DNA of 64,000 bases. It comes from Calcarisporiella thermophila CBS 279.70 (Eukaryota > Fungi > Calcarisporiellomycota). The notes beneath the pieces are model-generated. The model was not told where the DNA came from and searched no databases. It worked only from the letters and a program-made list of their open reading frames with translations. The stretch's first letter is position 1. Every line of letters starts with the position of its first letter. The stretch is taken from assembly GCF_041956535.1 (NCBI RefSeq), contig NW_027192202.1, positions 728,870 to 792,869 on the forward strand, in the 5' to 3' direction. Of the stretch, positions 1 through 12,185 are shown piece by piece. A program made the position numbers and the translations under genes.

Positions 1-444
1 CACGTTCAAAATAGAGAAGCAGCTCACGCAACAGGTAGTATATACTCAAAAACTTGAACACACTCTCGAACAGCTTCCACAAGCCAACAAAAAGGTATCG
101 AGTTCCGAAAGCTCGCCAAAGGGCTCGCAGCAGTGAAGGTTCTCTACATTATTCTTCAGGTTAATTAGATTAAATTAGGTCAATCGTGCAGTATATTACG
201 CTTTGCCCATTTTCTCCGCTTCCCATGACTTCTCAAGAGCATCGCCACATGGACGCGCACGCTCACTCTCCTCAAGATCTAGCTCGGTAAGCTCGAGATC
301 GTAGCGCCGTGAGTATCGCAGTATAGGAAACACCCAGAGGAAAAGCCATCGTGAGAAGATGTTGAGGCCTTTACCGCCGCGAATCATAAATTTCGGAAAC
401 TGGGCTGGCGCGGGGACATCTTGCCTCCGGCCGTACCACGACAT
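1..444 (-). CDS. ABCC/MRP-type ABC transporter, N-terminal part (runs off the window)
   Basis: ATG at 444. Removing GT-AG intron 144-199 gives ...NIFSRWLFLWVFPILRYSRRYDLELTEL...LEKSWEAEKMGKAEPSLLRALWRAFGTRY..., the L0/lasso motif that precedes TMD1 in ABCC proteins. Confidence 0.8.
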
Positions 445-1012
445 GTTTTAAGGAACTGGAGAAATAAATAGAGGATTTTTTTTCAGAAAAGGCGAAGAAA
501 TAGAGCACTGTACTTTCACAATGGACGAATAGAAGAGGAACGGGGATTAAAGCAAATAAATATATATCTCGATGAAGAAGAGAAAATAAGATGCGAGAAT
601 GCCTTAAATACCTCTATAATTGTTGGACGAAGAGGGGAGATAATGCCTCTTTGATAGCGTGTGTAACAGAAAATTAGGATGGGAAAAGGTGGATATAAAG
701 TGATTTATGGAATCTGTTTAAAAAAACTCACCGTTGCATTTGCTAGTTTAAGAAATCCTCCAATCTTTTCTTTACTGCTCAGGTTAGGTTAGTGGGCGAT
801 TGGTGCCATATTATGCCCCATAACTTTAATCCGCTGCAGGTTTATCTATTTTCTGTTGATCAATCTTCCCCTCACAATTTTGTTCGTGCTGTTGTAGTAA
901 TCTTGGGATGATGTACTAGCATTTCAACATTTCTTCGAAATTATCCATCACGTTAATCTGTATCTGTACAACTAGCTAAATTCTCATCCAAGATTATTTA
1001 ATTCAGAATACA

Positions 1013-3321
1013 ATGTACGCTTCCCCGCATTATACAAATAGGAGACGGCGAGCTCTTCTCGCATGCTTGCGGTAAGCATTTCTCTGGTTAATTTGGTTTT
1101 ACTTGTGCAGGAAAGATAATTATCAATACTATTTGCACAAAGATGCCGTGAAAAGAAAGTACGCTGCTGTGGCCAGTTTCCCATGTGTCAGAGATGCAAT
1201 CTGAGTGGAGCAAAGTGTGTCTACGATGTCGAGCCTTATATGCCACTCTCAACAGAACAGGCCCCGGCTTTTGACGCCAAACTGCACGAAACTGTTCGAA
1301 ATTTACAGAAACAACTTGATAGCCTCGAAAAAGAGGTCAGAGAGCGTGTCGATTCCACAAAAACAGATAGAGCAAAGAGACAAAGGAGCGATGATAACAG
1401 CGTTGCCAGCGAAAGAGTTTGGTTGCAGCAGCGACGGCCTGTGTTAACGAAACCCATTAACTGGAGCGTTACTATGGGGGCGACCGGAGTCAGCGTAGTA
1501 ACGAATGCACAGAGCTTGACCGATTTATACCGAGCTCTCCGATCGATGATGGGGGACTCTATTCGAATCATACCAACTTCTGTGGGCATACAAAAGCCAT
1601 ACACAAAGCGCATCAAGAGTATGGCAGACGAGGACAAATTTTCTGAAGTTGATGTGGACGAGGAAGATGCAGAGGATGACGAAGATGCATGCCAAGAGAA
1701 TCGTCCTATGCTCGACTTTTGGAAGTTGACCTACGAATTGAGCGACGGACGTTCATCGCTCGACCTTGAAGATGAGGTTCCAAAGGCCTTTTGCGATTTT
1801 CTTGTGGATGTGTTCTTCTGCTGCTACTACAACCGCTGTCCCTTCGTCAACCGCCGTGATTTCTTGCGGCGATACCATGATCCACATGCTACGGACCCAA
1901 TAGATCCGCTCCTTTTGAACAGTCTTTTTGCCTTTGTGTGCCGTCATGCTTGCACATATCACTCCCATGATATCTCTCCAGAAAAGGCCAACGCCCTTGC
2001 AGTGCTTTTCCGAAATCGCGCACGCACGTTACTTGAAGAAGTATATGACCGTCCCAGCCTAACAAGCACGCAAGCACTAATGGTGAATGCATATGTTGTT
2101 GCACATGCTGCAAATCCTGGTCTGGCCTTTCTCTACTATAGCCTTGCCATACAACATGCATACGAATTGGCTACACTTGGGCCGCCTGATGGTGGAACCT
2201 TCACGCCCCAGGAAAGGGAAATCTTGCGCCGGCTGCTCTGGATGGCTTATATGGCGGATGAAGAACTTGGCACTTGCATTGGCCATGTCACTATCATTGA
2301 AGAAGAGGATTTGCTCCCTCTTGGCCTCCCTGAGCCTCTCCCCGAAGAGCTTGAAGACGAGGAGGAGGACTTCGTCGAATATTTCCGTCAGGAAATTGCC
2401 CTCATCCAGATTCGTCGACGCATATGGCGCACACTGTTCTCGTCTGGTGTGGAGTTGACGCCTGAGGCTATCCAGAGGTTGGATGATGCGCTTCTAAGAT
2501 GGATAGAAAACCTCCCGAGCAGATTCGGCTATGTGCGAGGCCAGCCCTATACGAGCATTTGGCCCTCCGCAGCTTCCTGCATGCTGCATGCAATGTTTTA
2601 TAATGCACGCATCGCAATTTACCAGCCGTATCTTCCGCGCGTGTACCAGTCCCCTCGCAACACTCCCACAAAGCCTTCCTCAACGGCTTCAACCACCGGG
2701 CCGACCGCCATTAATTCGGAACAAACATCCCCCTCCACTTTGCCTGATTCCGCATTTGAAGCGCATGCCCTCCGCATCTGCACCGACGCTGCCAACATGC
2801 TCTCGTATCTTCTACGAGAGGAGATGCGCCGTGGAATTTGCCTGGTTAATATGGAGTCGGTCGAGGCCTCGAATCGGATCCATTTTGGAAATCTGACCTT
2901 GTATCCTGGTTCACGAAGAGCAATCGAGCGCAACTTGCGAAGTAACCTACGGTTTGCTAAAACGTGTGCGGGGTATTTTACTGGCCTGCCGCACTACAGG
3001 GCATTCGGTCGCCAAATGGAAGAACAGATGATGCGTGAAGGGATCCCAATCGAGGTCGAGGACGAGAATTTACTTGAGGAAGAGGAGGAAGCTGCAAGAA
3101 TCGATGGCTCTATAGGAGTGGACACGATGCCGATGGAGGATATAACTACCAGATGTGCCGAGGCAAATATGAGTAAGATTGGCGTGACACTCCCTGCTTC
3201 AGCATCCTTACGCATGATGTCTATGGGTGATATTTACTCATCCATAGCTGGAGGTGGTGAAGGCATGGAATGGGCTGGTATGAAGAAGGAGCCAATTTTT
3301 GATACACAAAGCTGGACTTGA
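1013..3321 (+). CDS. Zn(II)2Cys6 fungal transcription factor with fungal-specific TF (middle homology) domain
   Basis: ATG 1013. Intron 1072-1142 (GTAAGC...AAG) joins RRRALLACLRCREKKVRCCGQFPMCQRCNLSGAKCVY, a complete six-Cys cluster. A coiled coil follows, then LVDVFF...PFVNRRDF and EREILRRLLWMAY motifs. Confidence 0.93.
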
Positions 3322-3579
3322 AAAATGAAACAACATCATATATTTTTTTACCACCACCAAATCATATTTGTGATAACATTCCCCCTAGGCTGTACTTTTT
3401 AAATGGATATATCTTCTCTGTTTGGAACTCTTTATTTTTTTCTTTACGTAAATCTGTATAATTAATAAAGGATACTACCTATTTATATTCGATTTCCAAT
3501 GCTAAGGAAATATTGCAAACTTGTCGTGAATCCTGGCTAGTAAAAGAATACAGAAACCAGATACACGGGAGACTTCTAC

Positions 3580-4551
3580 TCAGCTGTCTACAGAAAAATC
3601 CGCGACATGCTTGTAGAGCCACGACTGCATCCTCTGGACTTCTTCGCCCACCAGCTCCGTCAGATCTTCAGATAGGAAATTTGCACGGCCCTCTTCTATG
3701 AGATCCAATGTGTCTAACAACATCTCAACCTCTTCATCCGTCGGATGGCCGTGAAAGCAGCCTTTGGCTGGGCTTTTCCGCCCATCCCGCAATTTGCGAA
3801 GATTCCGCCCGAGCTCCTCACGGGTAACCTGGGTGTAGGTGATTTGCTTGTGGAGAATTGTACTAAGCTGAAGAGCAATTTGAGAAATGCTGAGTGGCTC
3901 TGGTCCCTGCAGTTGGTAGCGTGGTTTTTTCACATATTGACTGCAAGTCATTCTGCTCTCATCTTCGACCATTTTAAGCAAGATAACGCGAAGAGCCCTG
4001 GCCACATCGCGTAAATCCACAGGGGCAAACGCACGGTCATTGCCCATCGTCATACGAATACAGTTTTCAGCTCGAATTGCTGGTGCCCAAAGCCAAAGAA
4101 GCTGGAATACGAAAGGAACCCGCATAATGGTCAGCCATTGAAGCTGCTCAAATAGAACCTCAATCTCGTGGAATTGCTTTAAACGCCCCACCGGTTGATC
4201 AGCTCCAACCACACTTAGGAGAACTGCTCCAATATTTTCCCGCTGTAGCACCCGCATTACAAGTTTCGAGACATTGGTAAGGCTGCTTTCTATCTCAGGT
4301 ACGTAGACAAGTATTTCTATGCCAGACAAAGCCTCGTTCAGGGTCCTTTCTTCGGAATAGTCGATTTTCCGGAGGTTGGCGCCTTTATTCTCGAGATTTT
4401 TGCAGAGCGAAATATCTCGGCAAAGGCAACGTATTTCGGCAAAGTCGTCACCGCGCATTTCAAGTAGATAAGATGCTAAAGTGTTAGCATACGGGTTATC
4501 AGTTGAGGCCAAAGCAATGCGTGGGAGGCTACAGGCTGACTCTTCACCCAT
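3580..4551 (-). CDS. NmrA-like / atypical SDR NAD(P)-binding Rossmann protein
   Basis: Intronless 323-aa ORF with DY..TL.EALSGI, LLSVVGAD, FHEIE, APVDLRDVARA and YQLQGPEPLS..QIA..LS motifs typical of the NmrA family. Confidence 0.75.
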   Translation of the reverse strand: MGEESACSLPRIALASTDNPYANTLASYLLEMRGDDFAEIRCLCRDISLCKNLENKGANLRKIDYSEERTLNEALSGIEILVYVPEIESSLTNVSKLVMRVLQRENIGAVLLSVVGADQPVGRLKQFHEIEVLFEQLQWLTIMRVPFVFQLLWLWAPAIRAENCIRMTMGNDRAFAPVDLRDVARALRVILLKMVEDESRMTCSQYVKKPRYQLQGPEPLSISQIALQLSTILHKQITYTQVTREELGRNLRKLRDGRKSPAKGCFHGHPTDEEVEMLLDTLDLIEEGRANFLSEDLTELVGEEVQRMQSWLYKHVADFSVDS

Positions 4552-4792
4552 GGTTTAAGCGATATTTTCAAAGGAAAATGGTTCAAATCCTGAAAAAGTG
4601 TAGGATGTGGTGCGTTTATATAGGTGACTCCTTTTGGGTTAGATGTTTCTAAAAGTTTCTAATGCTCGAATTTATTAAGAGAACACGCTTATGCATGCAG
4701 GGAGGTTTGAGGCGATGCTGGGAAAACTCTTGTTGTATAACTTCGGCATAATAGTCATCGCATCTCTAACTATTAATTTCGTCTGAATTGTG

Positions 4793-6056
4793 TTATTTTT
4801 TGCCCGCCTTTTCTTTCTTTTTCTTCTCCGTAAAGTAAGGTTGTGTATGTGGAACGTTGGATGCACCTATTAATCCCCTTAATGCCTCTAATTCACGTTT
4901 CCATGTCTCCATGCCTTCTTGGCCTAAAGGCGTTTCAAGTATGAGCGGAATACAGTTGGTGCGCAAGTCATTCATTATCAACCGGAACGCCTCCCACCTG
5001 GTCGAAATAATTTTAGTCATTTTTCTATTTAAAAAAATAGTAGTTGAAGAGAGGTACCCTATGTGTCCCTGACCTAGATTTGCGTGTCGATCGCGCTTTG
5101 ATCCGAGCTCAGTCAGCGAGTCATTGAGGTGCATGCCACGGAGGTAACCACCAAGATATTTGTCGAACTCCTTCATTGTATCCTCATAAGTTTCTTTTGT
5201 TCTAATATCGTATCCCTGTCATAATAGGGGTTTAATGGATATGGTAAAAGAGAATAGAAAACGGAAAAATATATTACAGCCGCAAACATGTGGCAGGTAT
5301 CCAGGCACACTCCTACGCGCGACTTTTCCTTGACATTGTCTATTATGGCTCGAAGCTCTTGGAAACGCGAGCCAACGACATGCCCAGCCCCAGCCTGCAA
5401 AGGAAAAAATATTGAATGGAGCATATCTTGATATTGAAATAGCTTTTATGCCCACCATATTTTCTAAAACACAAACTACTTCTTTGGTTGCTTTATGCGC
5501 CCGATTGATGTTTTCTGCGATGTATTTTATGGATTCTTCTGTACTACAAGCTCCAACCGTCGATCCGGGGCTACAATATTCTAGAAATATCAGAATGATG
5601 TGGATCTTTTTGTGATTTATCTGCATGCTCACTGAAAATTATAGAATCGTAATCCCAGCATTTCACATCGCTTCAGATCGTCCAGGAAATTATTATATGA
5701 TTTTTCTCGTTTTTCTTCGTCTGGGTTCCCTAAATTGATTAAATAGCTCCCATGAGGCAATATTGAATTGTTGCAAATGGAATGTGACGAGCACGCCTCG
5801 CGGAAGAGTGCGACTTGGGAGGAGGTTAGAGGAGGGGAGCTCCATTTGCGCTGAGATTTGAGAAAGAGAGCAAATGCATTTGCCCTTTTAAGTGCAATAG
5901 CTTTCGTGGAAATCAGTACAAGCAAGGCAAATCTAGAGAATGGAAAGAGGGGGCGTATTACCCTATCTCAATGCTATTCCCTACAGCATTATGTACTCCT
6001 CCTGCAGCCGAAACATGTGCCCCGATCAATTTGGGTAGCTTGGATATAGCAGGCAT
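4793..6056 (-). CDS. APN1: AP endonuclease (endonuclease IV family), multi-exon
   Basis: Motifs across exons: [66 protein letters not shown]; basic C-terminal tail. The start could be an upstream in-frame ATG near 6185. Confidence 0.95.
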
Positions 6057-6319
6057 GGATCCTGATGATTTTTTTCTCTTGTTTTGACGATTCAGTGATG
6101 GTGTGGATTCAAGAAATGCAATGATAATAGTGTCAAAATCCCTTTGTTCCTCGATAAGAAGCGGTGGGATTCTAAATCTAGACATGTCTATGAACAGCGT
6201 AAAAAATACAAGCAAGGGCAAGTCACGAGCTCGATCGTTTTTAATCTTTATATTTTCCTTAGTGTTCCAAAAAATTATTTCGTGTAAAAAAGACTCCAGC
6301 ATTTCTAATTCTCTATCCA

Positions 6320-7278
6320 ATGGATAAGGAAGCATCGAGTAATATATCAGATTTCTCCTAGATATTCTACTAAAATGTGATTAGTAGCTAACGAAATATA
6401 TCATTAAATCTACCGCGATAATAATAGATACAGCTCCTGAAGCCGTGCCTCATCCAGCAAGCTTCATTCCTCCATCGCGTATCCGGTAAGGAATGTTTTT
6501 TTTTTCTTCCCATTTAATTTTGCGCTCATCTTTGGCATACTAGACATGAGTGGTTCCAGAACGACGAGTTTATCACTGTTAGCGTATTCATCAAGAATGC
6601 TTCTAAAGACAAAGTAGAGGTCAACATTGGCAAACAATCTGTAAGAATCGATTCAAATATATCACGCTTTATATTCACTTGGCTCACGTAAATGCATTTT
6701 TAAAGCTTTCCGTAACTATCAAGCTCCCAACTGGATCCGACTTCTCTCTTGAGCTCGATCCATTAGCACACGAGATTATCCCTTCTGAGAGCAAACATGA
6801 GGTGCTCTCAACCAAAATCGAAATTAAGCTTAAGAAGGCATTTGCTGGGATAAAGTGGGGTGCTCTTGAGGGCGAGGATAAATTGTTTCCCACGCCAACT
6901 CCTCCCAACTCCTCCTCAACCTCTACTGCTCCTTTTACCTATCCAACCTCGTCTAAGAAGGGCCCCAAGAACTGGGATAAAATCGACGTGGACGAGGAAA
7001 AACCTGAGGGAGATGCGGCGTTGCAAGCTCTCTTTCAACAGATCTACAAGGATGCTGATGAAGATACAAGGAGAGCAATGATCAAGAGCTATGTAGAGAG
7101 TGGAGGGACATGTCTTTCCACTAATTGGAATGAGGTCGGGAACAAGCGCGTGGAAGCTAAACCGCCGGAGGGCATGATCGCAAAGAAGGTACAAGGAAAT
7201 TTAAAATGAATTGAATTGGTATAAAGAGTCAGGAAAGGTACTGACGGGTGTTTCTACTTTCTATAGTATGATGTGTAG
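6320..7278 (+). CDS. SGT1: Hsp90 co-chaperone Sgt1 (CS + SGS domains), multi-exon
   Basis: [18 protein letters not shown] (CS domain), [54 protein letters not shown] (SGS domain). The start at 6320 is inferred from splice sites. Confidence 0.93.
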
Positions 7279-7403
7279 CGATGAGAACTTGTTCGTGAAT
7301 AAATATTTGTTTCTCATTTGACTGTAGCCTTCAACTCAGAACTTTGCTTATTTTCATGTATATATTATGGGTTCGATTTTAATGAAGTTGAAGAATTACC
7401 AAA

Positions 7404-8281
7404 CTATATGTACAAACTTCCGGCAGCTTCAGAAGAAGCATGTCCCTTTGGATTGAAGGATGATTTTGCTCTGTTTTCAAACTTGGTTTGAATGCCTAGG
7501 CTACTCGCAGCGGCTGCAAGCTGAGTGGTGGTTTCGTCCTGCGGGGAAATCGATACGAGAGCACAAGCTGGGTGGCCACGAATTTCCGCCTATAACGATA
7601 CCGTAAACTAATGAATGAACTAGCACCATAAAAATATGAAGCAGAAATTCATTACATAGGAGAGAACAGTCGCACCCAAACCGCTAAGGAAGTTTGGAGG
7701 CAACAGTTGAGGAACCTGTAGTGATTTTGTCCACCCGGAAGTTTCAAGTCGCCTTATCAAGAAATCCCCAGCCCTTTCATCCGAGATATAGCCCTGCCAA
7801 AGAGAATCCACCACAACAATACTACAGGAAAATTATTGATAAATAGAGAAACTTGTGGCCACTATCCAATAGATTCGCGATACTATACCTCTGGACTTCT
7901 ACTTTTTCTAGCAGTTCTACCACCCATCGGTCCTCCTCATATCTTCTTTCTTCTCCTACAAAACCTCTCTCCTTGAAACATAGAATAAGCTCCTCTCCGT
8001 TCGATTTTAATTCCGCATAAATTTGATCTTCGTTCTTCACTTCTCCTATCATCTCTCCATCAGTAGTAGTCATTCCAGAGCAATCGACAATGAGCGTTTT
8101 GAATTTTTTCTGTGGTAGCGCGGGTATATTGACGGGACTAGAGGGAGAAATAAGATCGGGCTCGTCATCGGATTCATCCAGTGTATAGCGTGGGGCCGGA
8201 GCGTAATCGAAGTCCTATAGAGGAGAAGATGCATTACTACGATTGAATGGACTAAATTGCCATGTGAGTATAGCTCACCAT
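7404..8281 (-). CDS. PSMG1: Proteasome assembly chaperone 1 (PAC1/Pba1-like), 4 exons
   Basis: Spliced product MDFDYAPAPRYTLDESDDE...LLPPNFLSGLGATVLSYAEIRG...GSLYI*. Shows the PPN..SGL.A.VL motif and a C-terminal HbYX tripeptide. Confidence 0.78.
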
Positions 8282-8723
8282 TATTGTAGAAAAGTATACA
8301 AGTTTATCAAAGGGAAAGCGGAGCCGTGTGTAATTTATCCTTATCCAATGCTAAATACGCGTAATTCAACCCTAGATTCGTCATCAGATTACGTTCATTA
8401 AATTTCCAGTTGCATAAAAAAAAATACGACTAATAAAATAGGCTAAAAAAGATAATAGCTCCGGGAAGAGTTGAGAAACGACAATACACTTTCGGGGAGC
8501 GGGGGTGATGAAGACATAGGCCATAAATACTGGCTATGAGACTGCAACTCCTTTCTCACAGCCGATAACATATGCTTTCAATGTAGCTGTATTAATCGAA
8601 TTTAATACTAATAATTATAGGTTTTTCAGGAATAAATAAGTATAAAATAGATCGAAAGTTTTAAGTAGCCGTTAAACTACAGACGGATATTGACGGTAGA
8701 TATCGCTGCATAGATCATCATAG

Positions 8724-9916
8724 CTATTTCTTCTTCTTTTCATCTTGCTGCTCTTTCAATTCTCCAAAGGATCTTAAGCTTCTCCGCAGTCCCTCTGCCA
8801 GATCTATCTTGGGATCGTATCCAAGCAAGCGCCTTGCTTTTTCGATGTTCAAGTATCTTGGTCGCGTGGCGTGGCGGATATTCGCGCGTGTTAAACCGGG
8901 CGTCGCGGCCTTGCCGGTGATTTTGGCCTTTATTTCCCCGACGATCTCAATGAAGAACGCGAGAACGAGAGAGACATGGTATGGGATGACTATGGGGGTA
9001 AAGTGAATGCCCATGAGGGCCCAGACCATATGGGCGAAATCCCAAAAGTAGATAGGGGTGCCATTTGTGATGTTGAATATCTATGGATGCAGTAATCTAT
9101 CTTGTTAAACTACTCTTTGATAAATTAATGCTGTTTGAAGGTGTTACCTGGCCATTGACCTCCTCCACTGCAATCAGCTTCTCGGCAGCAAGCAAATGGG
9201 CCTCGGCCAAATTCTCCACATAGGTAAAATCGGACAGGGCGGTGTTGTTTCCAATTTGGAAGCGATGCTGGTTATTTTTGGCGACTTGAATCATTCTAGG
9301 AATCGCCAAACGATCATGAGGACCGAAGATTCCTGTAGGTCTAATGACGGCGGAATATAGAACAGGTGGATCATTGGCAGCAACTACAAGCCTTTCCGCC
9401 TCGGCCTAACATATGAATGGATATCGTGTGAAATGATTTCATCAATAAAATCTTCCTATGAGTAATCTATACCTTGGAAGCGCTATAGTCATCAATGTGC
9501 ACGTCGGGGTATGGAGTTGTCTCATCACCATTGACCATCTTTGGCTCTCCCGCCTGGAAGATAACACTTCCAGAACTCGTGTATACCAATTTCTTCACAC
9601 CCGCCTCCCTGCATGCTTTTATCACGTTTTGTGTTCCAAGAATGTTAACTTGGTAGAGTATCTCCTTCCCAGCGGTAAATAGAGGTGATGCTGTGTGGAT
9701 GACGACAGAGATGTCCTTGCACGAAGAGACAACGTCTTCATACTTGCGAAGGTCACCCACGATGTATTCCACATTGGGAGTGTCGCCCGCGTTCAGGTCG
9801 AAGACGACAATTCGATCGACAAGGGAAGGGGACTCGGATCGTTTGATAACAAGCTGGTCAACGATATGCCGGCCGAGGAAACCATTGCCACCAACAACAA
9901 GGTAGCTTTCTGCCAT
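8724..9916 (-). CDS. ERG26: C-3 sterol dehydrogenase/decarboxylase (NSDHL/Erg26), 3 exons
   Basis: LVVGGNGFLG, VIHTASP, LVYTSSGSV, YSASKAEAE, IRPTGIFGP, DFTYVENLAEAHLLAAE, FNITNGTPIYFWDF; C-terminal KKKK ER-retrieval signal. Confidence 0.92.
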
Positions 9917-10083
9917 GTTTTTTTACGAGATGATTAAAGACTATATTTAAAGTGGATTTACGCAAGGACGAGTTCTCTAAGTCCTGGATGGCGGGTTCGG
10001 ATCGATGTTTTGTGGCGCAGAAATCGGGTTCAAGTAGAGAAGCAACCTGAAAAACGATATTGACTTAAAATCGAGAGTCTGAC

Positions 10084-11576
10084 ATGACAGAGGAGAGCGA
10101 GAGGCCCACAAGAGCAGAAATTACAGAGGGCAAAGTATCTACTGTGACAACACAAAAGACCTCTATTTATTGTGGTACTTTTTTTCTGACTATGTGATCT
10201 CCTAATTAGATGAAACGGCACTTTATGACCGTCAAATTCGACTATGGGGGCTAGATGCACAGCAGCGGTAAATGCTTAAGATTCAGCTACCCATCTGTCT
10301 AATTTGCACTCATATTTTACCTCCCATGGTTGGAAAGTATGCGAAATGCCAGTATATTGGTTGCAGGCTGTGGAGGTCTCTCCGCCGAAACATGCAAAAA
10401 TCTGGTCCTCGCTGGAATCGGAGCCCTTACATTGCTGGATGATGCAAAGGTGGCGGAAGAAGATTTGGGTGCAAATTTCTTTTTGGAGCTGAAAGATATT
10501 GGAAGTCCGGTACATGAAGAGCTGTGTACTTCTCTGTTTGGTTGAGACACTAATATTATGACGTTGAACAGAGAGCTCTAGCTGTTTCGAAGCGCGTGCA
10601 AACCCTTAATCCACGCGTAGCCATTAACGTTGATGAGGGGAATATTGCTGATAAATCTGAAGAATATTTTAAGAAGTTTGATCTTGTATGCGTGTGTGAT
10701 GGCGATTTGGAGACACTGGTAAACTATTTCTTACCCAAGTTACCAAAGTCAAAACACAGGATGAATCTGATATGCTCCTTGGTGCTCTCGCTTCAAAGTT
10801 TCGCGTTAACGATATCTGTCGTAAGATGGATAAAAAATTCTATGCTGCAGCTTGCTTTGGGTTCTACGGCTACATTTTTGCGGATTTGAACCATCATGTG
10901 TTCATCGAGTGAGTAGAGGTTGCTAAGGAATTTCCCATTGCCTACTTATGTCCCCCTGTTTTCAGCGAATGGAAGGAGACAAAATCAGAGGAGACGGTCA
11001 TCCAACGCGTCAAAAAAGTGCAAGATTACGTTAGCCTGCGCGACGCGCTTGCGAAAACTTGGCACGGAATGAGTGCGCGCGTTCTCCGAAGACGGTCGAG
11101 TCCGATATTCTTTGGCGTGCACAGTGAGTTGATGTTAAAAGATGGGCCTGCAATAGCTAGCTAATACGCTGTTGAATAGTTCTTTGGATATTCCAGCAAG
11201 AAAATGGATGCTTGCCAACCTTGGATGACCCAGAACACATTTCGAAATTAAAGGCTCTAAGGGATGAACTTTTGACTTCCAAGGGAGTAGATCCTAATTT
11301 CGTAGACGATGCGCTACTAGAGTAATTCCGAATCATCCTTGACCCAGCAAGCTTGCCTGAAATGGACTAATATGCTCTCCTATTATTAGACAAATCGCTC
11401 GAAGTGCGAGAGCAGAGATATCACCTGCATGTGCTGTGGTAGGAGGTATGCTTGCTCAGGATATATTGTATGTACTCTCAGCGAAAGGGCAGCCAATATG
11501 GAATTGGTTTGCTTTTGGGGGAATGGAGGGAGTAGGTATTGTGCTAAGACTTGAAAGTGGAGGAGAAAGTAATTAG
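10084..11576 (+). CDS. AOS1: SUMO-activating enzyme E1 subunit 1, multi-exon
   Basis: ETALYDRQIRLWGLDAQQR, KNLVLAGIGALTLLD, DLGANFFL, LNPRV, GFYGYIFADL, EISPACAVVGGMLAQDI. Confidence 0.93.
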
Positions 11577-11768
11577 TTAACATGGGTTGCTCATAGATGT
11601 GAATAAATTTTAATAAGAAAAAGAGTAAGCAAACATTGTCTGCAAATTATTTATTGTGGAACGGGAGGGGGAGGGTCTTGGAAAAATATATGAGGAGACA
11701 AAAAATATAATGTAGAAAACTCGAGAAGCGAGGAAGAGGAAGCGGTGATAAATTTATGCAAGCTCAGT

Positions 11769-12185
11769 TCATTTGTATACTGCAAGTGTATAATTTCCCT
11801 GGCTTCTGATCAACACCCGCATACCTTCAGCCTCAACTGATATAGTTGGGGAGCTCTTGCTGTCATTAGCGCCTCCAGCTACCGAACGGGAGTGCAATTC
11901 TTTTGCATAGGAGGCGATAGCGGAAATGAATGGTGCAGCAGAGGGGTTAGCCGATCCGCGTGCTGAATTAGGCAAACATTAGTATAAGAGTCCGAGAGTA
12001 TATGATAGGGTAGAAAGGCGTCATTACTGCTGATGCAGAGTCCTTGCTCGTCAGAAACTAGCACACCTTGTACGTCATCCTTGCTTGCTCTTGGGAAGAA
12101 GGTCAGAAGAGAGATTGCATTGATTAGCCAGGAGGATATGCTAGACTTACATCCGATCAAGTACGGTATCCAGTGCGTCTTCCAT
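11769..12185 (-). CDS. LAMTOR5: Ragulator subunit LAMTOR5/HBXIP-like roadblock protein, 3 exons
   Basis: Spliced product of about 95 aa: MEDALDTVLDRI.KDDVQGVLVSDEQGLCISTRGSANPSAAPFISAIASYAKEL...PTISVEAEGMRVLIRSQGNYTLAVYK*. Resembles the LAMTOR5 pattern GVLxxDxQGLxL.xxG ... ITVAVHK. Confidence 0.85.
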
